Source: Clostridium tanneri
GTDB taxonomy: Bacteria > Bacillota > Clostridia > Clostridiales > Clostridiaceae
Assembly: GCF_033659955.1 (NCBI RefSeq)
Contig: NZ_JARUJP010000006.1
Location: 138,434 to 202,433, forward strand
Reading direction: 5' to 3'
Length of the DNA: 64,000 nt
Part shown: positions 9,406 to 17,950 of the stretch, piece after piece
Position numbering within the stretch: the first letter of the stretch is position 1
Layout of the letters: the number at the start of each line of letters is the position of its first letter
Made by a program: the position numbers and the translations under genes
The notes under the pieces: generated by a model
What the model was told of the DNA's origin: nothing
Database searches by the model: none
The model's input: only the letters and a program-made list of their open reading frames with translations

Positions 9406-9873
9406 TTGAATAAAATTAAGGAAAGGGTGAATTTATTGGAAACAGATATAAACTTTAATTCTCTTATAACTTCTGTTGGTAAATGCTGCTTAGGAGAAAA
9501 GGATTGTGGTACATGCTCTAAAGAGAGCTGTTTAATTGGTTATTGCAAAAAAAATCTACTTACCTGTTTGAAAACTAATGAACAATTTATTAATGGAGAA
9601 ATAGATAACATACCTTTGTTTGATACAAAGATCTTTGACGAAAGCTCCATAGTTGAAACTGTTGGCCTTATTCTTAATCAGTGTAAAAATTGCAATGCTT
9701 ATCATGATGAAGAATGTATCATTAACATACTTAGGAGTTCTTGTGAAGTAATTTTATTTGGAAATCCTAAAGACTATAACGGAAGCGTTTTATTATACTT
9801 AAATGATGTAAAACAAGATAATGCTGAACTATCCAGCAGGATATATGAGGCATTTGTCAATGCTAAAAAATAA
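9406..9873 (+). CDS. cysteine-rich hypothetical protein (about 145-155 aa)
   Basis: Many Cys in CxxC/CC arrangements (GKCCLGEKDCGTCSKESCLIGYCKK, NQCKNCNAYHDEEC). The real start is probably the TTG at 9436, which is preceded by AAGGAAAGGGTG. Confidence 0.5.
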   Translation: MNKIKERVNLLETDINFNSLITSVGKCCLGEKDCGTCSKESCLIGYCKKNLLTCLKTNEQFINGEIDNIPLFDTKIFDESSIVETVGLILNQCKNCNAYHDEECIINILRSSCEVILFGNPKDYNGSVLLYLNDVKQDNAELSSRIYEAFVNAKK

Positions 9874-9916
9874 AATCTAAAAGACTATTTAAAATAATAG
9901 AAAGGATGTTTGAATT

Positions 9917-10345
9917 ATGGATGAAATTAAACTAACCATCGAAAGTACTTTAGGAGATACTAAAGGTACTATATTAGAAAGAGCTGTTAAACAAACCTTT
10001 ACTGGTGAAACAAAGGAAGCAGGTTTATACATGGCCATAGCCCGCCAGGCTCAGAGACAAGGCTATGGAGATATAGCAGAAATTCTAAAGGTTATGGCTT
10101 TAGAAGAATTAGACCACGCTGCAACCTGTGCTGAACTTAACGGAATGATTACTGATAACTGCTTTCAAGATATACGGCAAATGTTAGAGGGAGAAATTTT
10201 CGCTAATAATGCTAAAAATTCCGATTCCTTAAAGGCAGATGAACTTAAAATTGATTCAGCCAGAGAATTCTTTAGCATAGCCGCTAAAGATGAAGGTAGA
10301 CATGCTAGAATATTAGAAGGAATACTTAAAAACTATAACAAATAA
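9917..10345 (+). CDS. rubrerythrin/ferritin-like diiron protein (no rubredoxin domain)
   Basis: Two E..H diiron-type motifs (ALEELDH and AKDEGRHARILE) in a 142-aa four-helix-type protein. Confidence 0.6.
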   Translation: MDEIKLTIESTLGDTKGTILERAVKQTFTGETKEAGLYMAIARQAQRQGYGDIAEILKVMALEELDHAATCAELNGMITDNCFQDIRQMLEGEIFANNAKNSDSLKADELKIDSAREFFSIAAKDEGRHARILEGILKNYNK

Positions 10346-10442
10346 TACTAAACATGATTATGACTATATTCAGTAGTATAGTTTGTAACGCTAACTCTAC
10401 TAATTCATATAATAATATATAAGCAATTTATTGGAGAAAATT

Positions 10443-10592
10443 ATGAGTTCTTCTAATGAAATTGTAAGAATTTATGATTCTATTATAAGCTTTTTTCAAA
10501 CAATAGGATATCCAACTATAGATTTAGCTTTTCAACTTATAAGAATAAGAAAACCTCTATTTGATTACTTAAAATATTATAAATCTAGCTAA
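10443..10592 (+). CDS. small hypothetical protein (49 aa), unannotated
   Basis: SD GGAGAAAATT-ATG, encoding MSSSNEIVRIYDSIISFFQTIGYPTIDLAFQLIRIRKPLFDYLKYYKSS*. Confidence 0.25.
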   Translation: MSSSNEIVRIYDSIISFFQTIGYPTIDLAFQLIRIRKPLFDYLKYYKSS

Positions 10593-10782
10593 CTTAAACT
10601 AGCTTCTTCTTAAAAATTCAATATTTACTACATTAAACTTATTTACCGTAAGACCCTATGTTTTTAACATGGGGTTTTTATAACTTTACATTTATTTCAA
10701 TGCTGATATAATTATAATAATTTGGATAACCTAAATCTTAGTATTTATCTTATAAATCTATTATGTAAAGTAGGTGTAATTT

Positions 10783-11346
10783 ATGTTTAAAAGAATTCAT
10801 TATAACTCTCCAGTGATTTTAACCTTTACCTTTATTTCTTTTGCTGTTCTTCTACTTGATAAGTCTACTGGCGGGTTTACTAATAACTTACTCTTTACAA
10901 ACTTTAGAACTTCCATTAAAGACCCTCTTCAATACGTACGTCTTTTCAGTTATATTTTAGGTCATGCTAATTGGAGTCATTTTTCAGGTAATTTTTTAAT
11001 TATTCTACTTGTCGGGCCTATGGTAGAAGAAAAATATGGTTCTTCCTCTCTAATGGAAATGATTTTAGTAACAGCCTTTTTAACTGGTCTTATAAATACA
11101 ATATTCTTTAACGCTGGCCTTCTTGGAGCTAGTGGAATTGTTTTTATGCTAATACTACTTAGTTCCTTTGCAAATGTTGAATCTGGAAAGGTACCTCTTA
11201 CTCTTATTATTGTTACATTTGTATTTCTCGGAAAGGAAATTCTAAGTGGGCTTCTAATTAAAGATAATATATCACAGTTTGCTCACATATTTGGCGGACT
11301 ATGCGGCGGAATTTTTGGCTACCTAAGGCATAGAGGTGAATTGTAG
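10783..11346 (+). CDS. rhomboid-family intramembrane serine protease
   Basis: Polytopic membrane protein with GxSG (GLLGASGIV) and a downstream His in a TM segment (FAHIFGGLCGG). Confidence 0.7.
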   Translation: MFKRIHYNSPVILTFTFISFAVLLLDKSTGGFTNNLLFTNFRTSIKDPLQYVRLFSYILGHANWSHFSGNFLIILLVGPMVEEKYGSSSLMEMILVTAFLTGLINTIFFNAGLLGASGIVFMLILLSSFANVESGKVPLTLIIVTFVFLGKEILSGLLIKDNISQFAHIFGGLCGGIFGYLRHRGEL

Positions 11347-11487
11347 TACCCTTTTATTTTATTTATGTAGTCGGTGAATTAATCAATTATGTAGACAATT
11401 TATATATTTTATGATATACTAATATAATTGCATAAGAACACGCCCTATGGCGCAAAACAATTTTATCAATAAATTAAGATATTATTC

Positions 11488-11527
11488 GGCTCTTGTGATT
11501 TTTATTACAAGAGCTTTTGTTTTTTTA
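11488..11527 (+). terminator. leader terminator/attenuator immediately upstream of the 11551 gene
   Basis: GGCTCTTGTgatttttattACAAGAGC followed by TTTTGTTTTTTTATT. It ends about 25 nt before SD AGGAGGTAAA. Confidence 0.45.
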
Positions 11528-11550
11528 TTGCAACAAAAATTAGGAGGTAA

Positions 11551-12034
11551 AATGGAAATTTTAATAGTATTTTTACTTAAATTACTGGATAACACTCTGG
11601 GCACAATGAAGAATATATATCTAACCCGTGAAAAATTCTTCTTTTCCAGCTTGCTAGCAGCGTTATCTACAACTGTATATATGCTTGCTGTTGTGAGGAT
11701 GGCAAAGTCAGATGGTATACTCAGCATCATAGCGATATGTACCGCAACATTTATAGGAACTCTGATTCCGGGGCTTGTCGTTAAAAAATCTGAGAAGGAG
11801 AAGCTTTTCATCTTTGATATTACAGCAGACAATATGGACAGCGGCAAAGAGTTTGCAGATATTTTAAGAAACGCAAACATTGCCACAAAAACCAGCGTTG
11901 TCTATGACAAAATGATGATAAAGACACTCTCTATAAAGGCATACTGTAACAACAGGGAGGAAAGCAAAGTGGTGAATGAAGCCATATATCCGGCTTTCAA
12001 ATACAATGTTTATGCACCAATGAACTTGGATTAA
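11551..12034 (+). CDS. UPF0316/DUF2179-like membrane protein
   Basis: Start chosen at MEILIVFLL... after SD TTAGGAGGTAAA; the track ORF beginning at 11447 is over-extended. The N-terminus has 3 TM helices and the C-terminus is a soluble domain. Confidence 0.5.
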
Positions 12035-12098
12035 TCTCGGCATAAGTGCCTCGGAAAAAGGGACTCAGCTGAGTCCCTAAATTCATGATATAAAAATC

Positions 12099-12236
12099 TA
12101 TACACTTAATATCTTAGAGACAGCATCAACTATATCTTCTCCCTTTCTATTTACTGCTAACTTCCACATGTAAAGTTTTTTTCCTATCTCTTTTAGGGAC
12201 TTGTCATATTTATATTTTTCTTTCTGCTGTTCCATA
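12099..12236 (-). CDS. small hypothetical protein (45 aa), unannotated
   Basis: Minus strand: GGGGGGGTAATT-ATG, encoding MEQQKEKYKYDKSLKEIGKKLYMWKLAVNRKGEDIVDAVSKILSV*. A GGGACTCAGCTGAGTCCC hairpin plus T-run lies downstream. Confidence 0.25.
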
Positions 12237-12708
12237 ATTACCCCCCCTTATGGTGTGTTTTTTTAACTATTTTTATAAAATCTTATATTTATCTTTTATT
12301 TGCACACTATAAGAAATGGAGGTGTTAACTGTGGATGCTAATAAAAACATTCCAACTAAAGGCAGTGATGATAAAAGATTGAAAAATTACTCTCAAGTTA
12401 ATAGCTTTAATAGACTATCTGATAGAGATTCTGAAACTACTTCTTCATTAACTGCTGGTGGTGATAAATCAGTTATTAACGAAGATATAAATGATTCACT
12501 ATATCGAGACTGATAATACTTAAATATCATATGACTTTTATTTGAGGATAGAGTATTTTACTCTATTCTCATTTAAAGCCTGCATCTTAAACAGAGACTG
12601 GATTTATTGCTATAATAAAACTCCTCTATTTGTATTCAGAATAAATAAGCACCAGTATTTCTACCAGTGCTTTTCCATATATAACAAGGGGGACTTATTA
12701 TATAATCT

Positions 12709-12837
12709 CTATTTTGTATTTATATTTAGTTTATTTAAACTCTCCTGAATCCTTTCAGCTTTACCACTTGCTTTACACAATGCTAAAGTTGTTACTATTG
12801 TCATTATGTCTAATAGACCAAGAACTAGCTCTTTCAT
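12709..12837 (-). CDS. small hydrophobic peptide (42 aa), unannotated
   Basis: Minus strand: AGGAGGTATTATT-ATG, encoding MKELVLGLLDIMTIVTTLALCKASGKAERIQESLNKLNINTK*. Confidence 0.25.
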   Translation of the reverse strand: MKELVLGLLDIMTIVTTLALCKASGKAERIQESLNKLNINTK

Positions 12838-12951
12838 AATAATACCTCCTAAAAAGGATTTTCCTCTAAGTTCTATCAACTTAGGACAATTATTATTATA
12901 GATATCTAATGTTACAGTCTTGTGTCGTTAGTATTACATAATTATTAAATT

Positions 12952-12985
12952 AAAGGCACCTGATATTTCTCCAAGTGCCTTTTCT
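12952..12985. terminator. intrinsic terminator hairpin
   Basis: AGGCAC ctgatatttctccaa GTGCCT followed by TTTT. Confidence 0.4.
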
Positions 12986-13607
12986 CAGAGTATGGGGATG
13001 TTTAGTAGGAACAAATAGGATTCTAACCTATCATGTAAGCCCCAGTTGCTTATTATTTCATATTTAAAGGGGAGTTTCCTCTCCCAGCTGTGCCACGTAA
13101 TACCCATTGCCTAACACAGCCTTTAGTCCAAATTTCTATACTACTATTATAAATCACTTTTAACAGTGTTTTGTCTCAATAAAATCTCAAATTTGTCTCA
13201 TGATTTTAACTATAAATCTTTTATATTTTTCTCAAACCTCTTTATTAATGATTCTTCATGGTTCATATTTTTTTTCATTTTCTCTACTTCCGTAATGTCT
13301 TTACTTAAGTCAGCGGCTACCTTAGCGAACGCAAGCATTATCCTTTTATTTTCTACTTTAAGTTGAAATGCATGTTCTATAGCGCATATCTTCTAGTGCT
13401 AATCTCACATATTGCTTACTCATACATATTCTCTCTTTCACTTGATTTTATAGGAATTATACCTGATTAGGCACAAATATAAGTAAGTTGCATATCATAT
13501 TACCACAGGTACCCACTCCATATTACATAGAAAATCAAGTTTTGCTCAAAAACTAAGGACAAGCTATAATCTTGATTTTCTAAAAAATATTATAGGGGTG
13601 ACTTAAG

Positions 13608-14051
13608 ATGACAGATTGTCATAAAAAAACTAAAGATTCTTGTAGCCACACTAAAAATCCTTGTAATCTTTGCAACCAATTTGCCAGGATACTTGGAGCA
13701 GAAATTTTAACATCTACAAGAGATTTATGCGTTGTGACATTTCTTAGAGATATAGATGCAACAATATTAGGAAGACCAACTCATTCTCCATTAGCTTTAG
13801 CTGCTTTATTCTCTTTCGAATCTACCGATAGCTGTGGAAGAACTCTTAATTTAGGTGAAACAGTAATTTTACAGAAAGAAATTAATGATTTCATTACAAT
13901 TCTTAGAGAACATGGAATAACAGTTACTGCTCTCCATAACCATTGGTTATTTGATAATCCAAGACTCATGTATATTCACTTTGAATCTATTGATGAACCT
14001 TTAAATTTCGCAAGAAAAGTAGCAGATGCTTTACGCGTCTTAAGGTGCTGA
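13608..14051 (+). CDS. hypothetical protein with a Cys-rich N-terminus (147 aa)
   Basis: SD GGGGTGA. N-terminal CHKKTKDSCSHTKNPCNLCNQ, and a C-terminal HNHW motif. Confidence 0.5.
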   Translation: MTDCHKKTKDSCSHTKNPCNLCNQFARILGAEILTSTRDLCVVTFLRDIDATILGRPTHSPLALAALFSFESTDSCGRTLNLGETVILQKEINDFITILREHGITVTALHNHWLFDNPRLMYIHFESIDEPLNFARKVADALRVLRC

Positions 14052-14262
14052 TGCTTTACACGTTTTAATATAATTAGCTCGGGTAACTGCTGAATATTCT
14101 GCAGTTACTTTATTACATAAAAACCCCTATTATTATATCCTCAATTTTTCTTATTACCTAGACACATATTATTTCGCATCTAAATTTACCTATATTCCTA
14201 ATCATAATTTTTAAGTGTAACATTAATATTTTTTAATTTTTGCCGTTTTTTTGCCGTTTGCC

Positions 14263-14291
14263 TTGTCAATACCCCGGAAGTGTTGTATAAT
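14263..14291 (+). promoter_or_regulatory. sigma-A promoter (TTGTCA, 17-nt spacer, TATAAT)
   Basis: TTGTCA at 14263-14268 and TATAAT at 14286-14291 with an exact 17-nt spacer. It is upstream of the riboswitch-like leader. Confidence 0.5.
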
Positions 14292-14305
14292 CAATGTTTG
14301 TAAGC

Positions 14306-14356
14306 CGTGAGAAGTGTTCCTTGCCTAACCACTTCTACAATAAAAAAAACAAGGAG
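14306..14356 (+). promoter_or_regulatory. candidate class-I preQ1 riboswitch (translational)
   Basis: P1 AGAAGTG/CACTTCT closes a 13-nt loop TTCCTTGCCTAAC. An A-rich tail ACAATAAAAAAAA follows. Loop CCTTG (14318-14322) is complementary to CAAGG (14349-14353) inside SD AAGGAGG, which fits the H-type pseudoknot layout of preQ1-I aptamers. Confidence 0.55.
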
Positions 14357-14367
14357 GTAAATAAAAA

Positions 14368-15060
14368 ATGATACGATACAGCTTAGTAGAAGATAAAAAT
14401 CAACGTGAAATTGTTTTACTTAAGGCGTCACCATGTATTTGGAGTCGCTGTTCTTTTTGTGACTATATACACGACAATAGCGAAGATACCGCCGCCAATG
14501 TAAGGCTAAACAAAGAAGTTCTTGAAAATATTACAGGCAAGTACAGATCCTTAGAAGTGATAAATTCAGGAAGCTGTTTTGAATTACCTAAGGATACTTT
14601 AACCGACGTTAAAGAAGCAATATTCTCTAAAGGTATAGAAAAGCTATTTTTAGAAAGTCACTGGATTTATAGAAACAGACTTAATGAAATGAGGGAGTTC
14701 TTTGAAGTTCCCATTATCTTTAAATGCGGTATAGAAACCTTCGATGACAATTTCAGAAACAATGTTCTAAATAAAGGAGCCATATTCTCAGGTCCAGAGG
14801 AAGTATCTAAATATTTCAACTCTATATGTCTCATGGTAGGAATTAAAGGGCAAACTAAAGATATGATTAAAAAAGACATTGAATATTTATTAAAGTATTT
14901 CCAATACGGATGTATAAACATGTATGTTGAAAATACTACACCCCTGAAGAGAGACGCTGAGCTAATTCAATGGTTTAGAGAGAATTACAGTTTCTTAGAG
15001 CATAATGATAATATAGAAATTCTTTGGAATAATACTGACTTTGGAGTTGGAGGAGAATAA
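14368..15060 (+). CDS. radical-SAM-like protein with a noncanonical CX4CX2C cluster motif; candidate queuine lyase (QueL-like) / Q-precursor salvage enzyme
   Basis: 230 aa, with N-terminal ...LLKASPCIWSRCSFCDYIHD. It is co-transcribed with a QueT-family gene behind a preQ1-riboswitch-like leader. Confidence 0.45.
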   Translation: MIRYSLVEDKNQREIVLLKASPCIWSRCSFCDYIHDNSEDTAANVRLNKEVLENITGKYRSLEVINSGSCFELPKDTLTDVKEAIFSKGIEKLFLESHWIYRNRLNEMREFFEVPIIFKCGIETFDDNFRNNVLNKGAIFSGPEEVSKYFNSICLMVGIKGQTKDMIKKDIEYLLKYFQYGCINMYVENTTPLKRDAELIQWFRENYSFLEHNDNIEILWNNTDFGVGGE

Positions 15061-15061
15061 A

Positions 15062-15550
15062 ATGAATAATAGTAGTAAAAACATAAAAAAATTAGTCAAA
15101 ATTGCAATAACTGCTGCCATATATGCAGTAGCAACAGTATCCATAGCTCCCTTAAGTTACGGTGCTGTGCAATTTAGATTTTCCGAGGTGATGACTCTTT
15201 TAGCATTCATTGATCCTATATATATACCTGGTCTTGTACTTGGATGTGCTATATCAAATCTTTACAGCCCTTTAGGGATAGTTGATGTATTAGTTGGAAC
15301 TACAGCTACTCTATTGGCAGTTTACATGATAAAGAAAACAAAAAGTTTATTTATTGCAACCCTTTGGCCTACTATAGCAAACGGATTAATTGTAGGGGCT
15401 GAATTATATTTTGCATTAAATCTTCCATTTTTGGAATCTGCTTTATATGTCGCTCTAGGAGAATTTGTTGTAGTCACCTGTATAGGATACCCTTTATTTA
15501 AATTATTAATGAAAAGAGAAGATGTGATGAAGGTACTGAAATACCAGTAA
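15062..15550 (+). CDS. queT: QueT-family queuosine-precursor transporter (ECF S-component-like)
   Basis: Start at MNNSSKN after SD GGAGGAGAATAAA. About 163 aa with 5-6 TM helices and the QueT-typical ...GAVQFRFSEVMT... block. Confidence 0.7.
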   Translation: MNNSSKNIKKLVKIAITAAIYAVATVSIAPLSYGAVQFRFSEVMTLLAFIDPIYIPGLVLGCAISNLYSPLGIVDVLVGTTATLLAVYMIKKTKSLFIATLWPTIANGLIVGAELYFALNLPFLESALYVALGEFVVVTCIGYPLFKLLMKREDVMKVLKYQ

Positions 15551-15607
15551 ATTTTTATCCGATATTCTATCTGATTCTTAGTTTATCTTCATTACTAAAT
15601 ATTTAAT

Positions 15608-15669
15608 AAAAGCAGAAAAGTTAAGAACTTGCTATCAGTTTTATAAAAAGTTCTTAGCTTTTCTGCTTT
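15608..15669. terminator. bidirectional intrinsic terminator (22-bp stem)
   Basis: AAAGCAGAAAAGTTAAGAACTT ... AAGTTCTTAGCTTTTCTGCTTT followed by ATTT. It lies between the convergent queT and GGDEF-EAL genes. Confidence 0.6.
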
Positions 15670-15682
15670 ATTTCTAATATTT

Positions 15683-17617
15683 TTACTTTATCCCCTTTTG
15701 AAAGGATGAGTTTTCGAAAACTGTAGCCATTTCTTCTGGCGGAAGAGGTCTTCCAAAATAATATCCTTGAATTTTATTACAACTTTTAACTTCTAGAGAT
15801 TTTAGTTGTTCCTCTAGCTCTACCCCTTCTGCAACGACCTCTAAATCCATTTTATGTGCAAGATTTATTATTTGCTCAGTGATTATTTCTTCATAGGAAT
15901 TTTTACAAAGTCCATCAATAAATGTTTTGTCTATTTTTAGCGTGTTTATAGGTAAGCTTTTTAAATAATTTAAGGAAGAATATCCCGTTCCAAAGTCATC
16001 TAGAGCTACTCTTACCCCTATACCTCTTAACTCGTTTAAGGCACTTAAATTTAATTCTAAGGACTCCATCATAACACTCTCTGTTATTTCAATTTCCAAA
16101 GCTTGCGGATCTGTATTTGTTTCCTTCAAAACCTTCTTAACTGCCGCTACAAAATCACTTTTTTGAAGCTGAATGGCAGAGACGTTAACAGAAATAAAAT
16201 TATAACAATAACCTTTATTTCTCCACTCCCTGTTTTGCTTACAAGCAGTTCTTAAAACCCACTCACCGATTGGTACTATTAAGCCTGTTTCCTCAGCTAG
16301 GCTAATAAATTCTCTAGGTGAAACCCACCCGAATTTTTTATTATTCCACCTAATAAGTGCTTCGAAACTTACTATTTTTCTAGTCTCTACATCTACTTGC
16401 GGCTGATAATATAGCGTAAATTCTCTATTTTTGATAGCCTTTCTAAGCTCAGCTTCTAATTCGGTTTTTCTAAGAACCTCATCATACATTGATCTTTTAA
16501 AGAACTTATAGGAACTCTTTCCATCAGCCTTAGCTTTGTTTACTGCTATATTTGCATTTCTTAATATTCTAGTAATATCTTCACCATCACCTGGATAAAT
16601 GCTTATACCTATACTAACTGATATGAAAAACTCTTTTTCATCAATTTCCCACAAACCATTTGAGGATGCTAATAATCTCTCTGCAGTTGCTGCAACTACT
16701 TCTTTATCTTCTACCCCTGTCTGCAGTATCAAGAACTCATCTCCACCAGTTCTTGATACTATAAACCCTTCGCCAAGCTCATTTTGAATAGCCTGTCCTA
16801 TTTTCTTTAACAGCTTATCTCCATACTCATGTCCAAAGGTATCGTTAACATTTTTAAAATTATCTAAATCAATGTGGTAAACAGCAAAGTACTCATGGTT
16901 ATCTATCCTATCGTTCAGCTCTTTTCTAAAAAAGTTCCAGTTAGGTAAATCCGTAACAAAATCATAGTATGCCATTCGTTCCATCTCTTTGTACTGTTCT
17001 CTAAGCTCTTGTTCTGCAGCACTAAGCTGTTCATATACAGCTGAAAGTTCTAAATAATTTTCGTTTATTAATTTATTAGCTTCTAATTCTTTTAGATTCT
17101 TATATCCTAATTCTCCGAACATCCTTGCACCCTTACAAAGAAAATCTATCATTTTTTTAATATCATCTTCTGAAACCACAGGAATTTGCTGTATAGTTTT
17201 TATATATTCATCTTCAATAAGTCCAAAATACTTAGCCTGATTTTTAAAATATTCAATTTTAGGTTCTTTAAAAAATACTTGACCTGCAAATAATGTAGCT
17301 ATGTTTTTCCCATTAATTATTATCGGAGCACCTATATATATCAAACCGCTCGTACATCTACATATAGCGTATTCCTTACCCTCTTTTATTTGTTTTAAAA
17401 TATTTCTTTCCGCCCCATCACATTTAAATCTATATAAGAAATCATATTTGTTTATATCACTACAATTATCACTATTTTTGGCTACTAATTTATCATCGTT
17501 GTCCTTTATTAGACAACTTATCCCTGTTACTGAATAAAAACTATTAACCAACTCCTGTAACTCGCCCATGTTCACTAGTTCCGAAAATTTATATTCCAAG
17601 CTCCCACCAACTTTCAT
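15683..17617 (-). CDS. PocR-like sensor domain / GGDEF / EAL protein (c-di-GMP turnover)
   Basis: N-terminal Cys-containing sensory domain (CRCTSGLIYIGAPIIINGKNIATLFAGQV, PocR-like), a GGDEF motif (RTGGDEFLIL) and an EAL domain (EALIRWNN, DDFGTGYSSL). Confidence 0.85.
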   Translation of the reverse strand: MKVGGSLEYKFSELVNMGELQELVNSFYSVTGISCLIKDNDDKLVAKNSDNCSDINKYDFLYRFKCDGAERNILKQIKEGKEYAICRCTSGLIYIGAPIIINGKNIATLFAGQVFFKEPKIEYFKNQAKYFGLIEDEYIKTIQQIPVVSEDDIKKMIDFLCKGARMFGELGYKNLKELEANKLINENYLELSAVYEQLSAAEQELREQYKEMERMAYYDFVTDLPNWNFFRKELNDRIDNHEYFAVYHIDLDNFKNVNDTFGHEYGDKLLKKIGQAIQNELGEGFIVSRTGGDEFLILQTGVEDKEVVAATAERLLASSNGLWEIDEKEFFISVSIGISIYPGDGEDITRILRNANIAVNKAKADGKSSYKFFKRSMYDEVLRKTELEAELRKAIKNREFTLYYQPQVDVETRKIVSFEALIRWNNKKFGWVSPREFISLAEETGLIVPIGEWVLRTACKQNREWRNKGYCYNFISVNVSAIQLQKSDFVAAVKKVLKETNTDPQALEIEITESVMMESLELNLSALNELRGIGVRVALDDFGTGYSSLNYLKSLPINTLKIDKTFIDGLCKNSYEEIITEQIINLAHKMDLEVVAEGVELEEQLKSLEVKSCNKIQGYYFGRPLPPEEMATVFENSSFQKGIK

Positions 17618-17950
17618 TTTCTATACTGAACTAATTATATTAATTGCATGGAATTTTCTGTGCCTTTTAATTAAAATAAATTTACCATTAAATTTTAAAA
17701 ATAACATGCATAAATTAAATAAATATACACTCTTGTTTACATTTTACCATATTAAATGGCTCATGTGTTAAAAATTTATAATTTTTTTGTCAAATTTTAA
17801 AAGTTCCTAATTATTGTGGAAATATCTCTCCACATATTAACATACCATAACCTACCAGCTCATGTAAACAAAATAAAACAAGCTATCACTATTTTGATAA
17901 CTTGTTCTATCAACTAAAAACTACTATATTACAATAAAATTACTTTTTCT

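Noticed and set aside
13000-13050. tRNA-like T-arm (ATAGG attctaa CCTAT) within TGGGG...CCCCA
   Set aside because: The span is only about 52 nt, with no D-arm or anticodon arm and no CCA context. It is not a tRNA gene.
12542-13366. Track ORFs 12542-12748 and 13166-13366
   Set aside because: Phe/Ile/Leu-rich low-complexity products typical of AT-rich noncoding DNA, with no SD.
17301-17771. Track ORFs 17301-17537 and 17568-17771
   Set aside because: The first is antisense within the GGDEF-EAL gene. The second lies in the AT-rich promoter region. Both are spurious.
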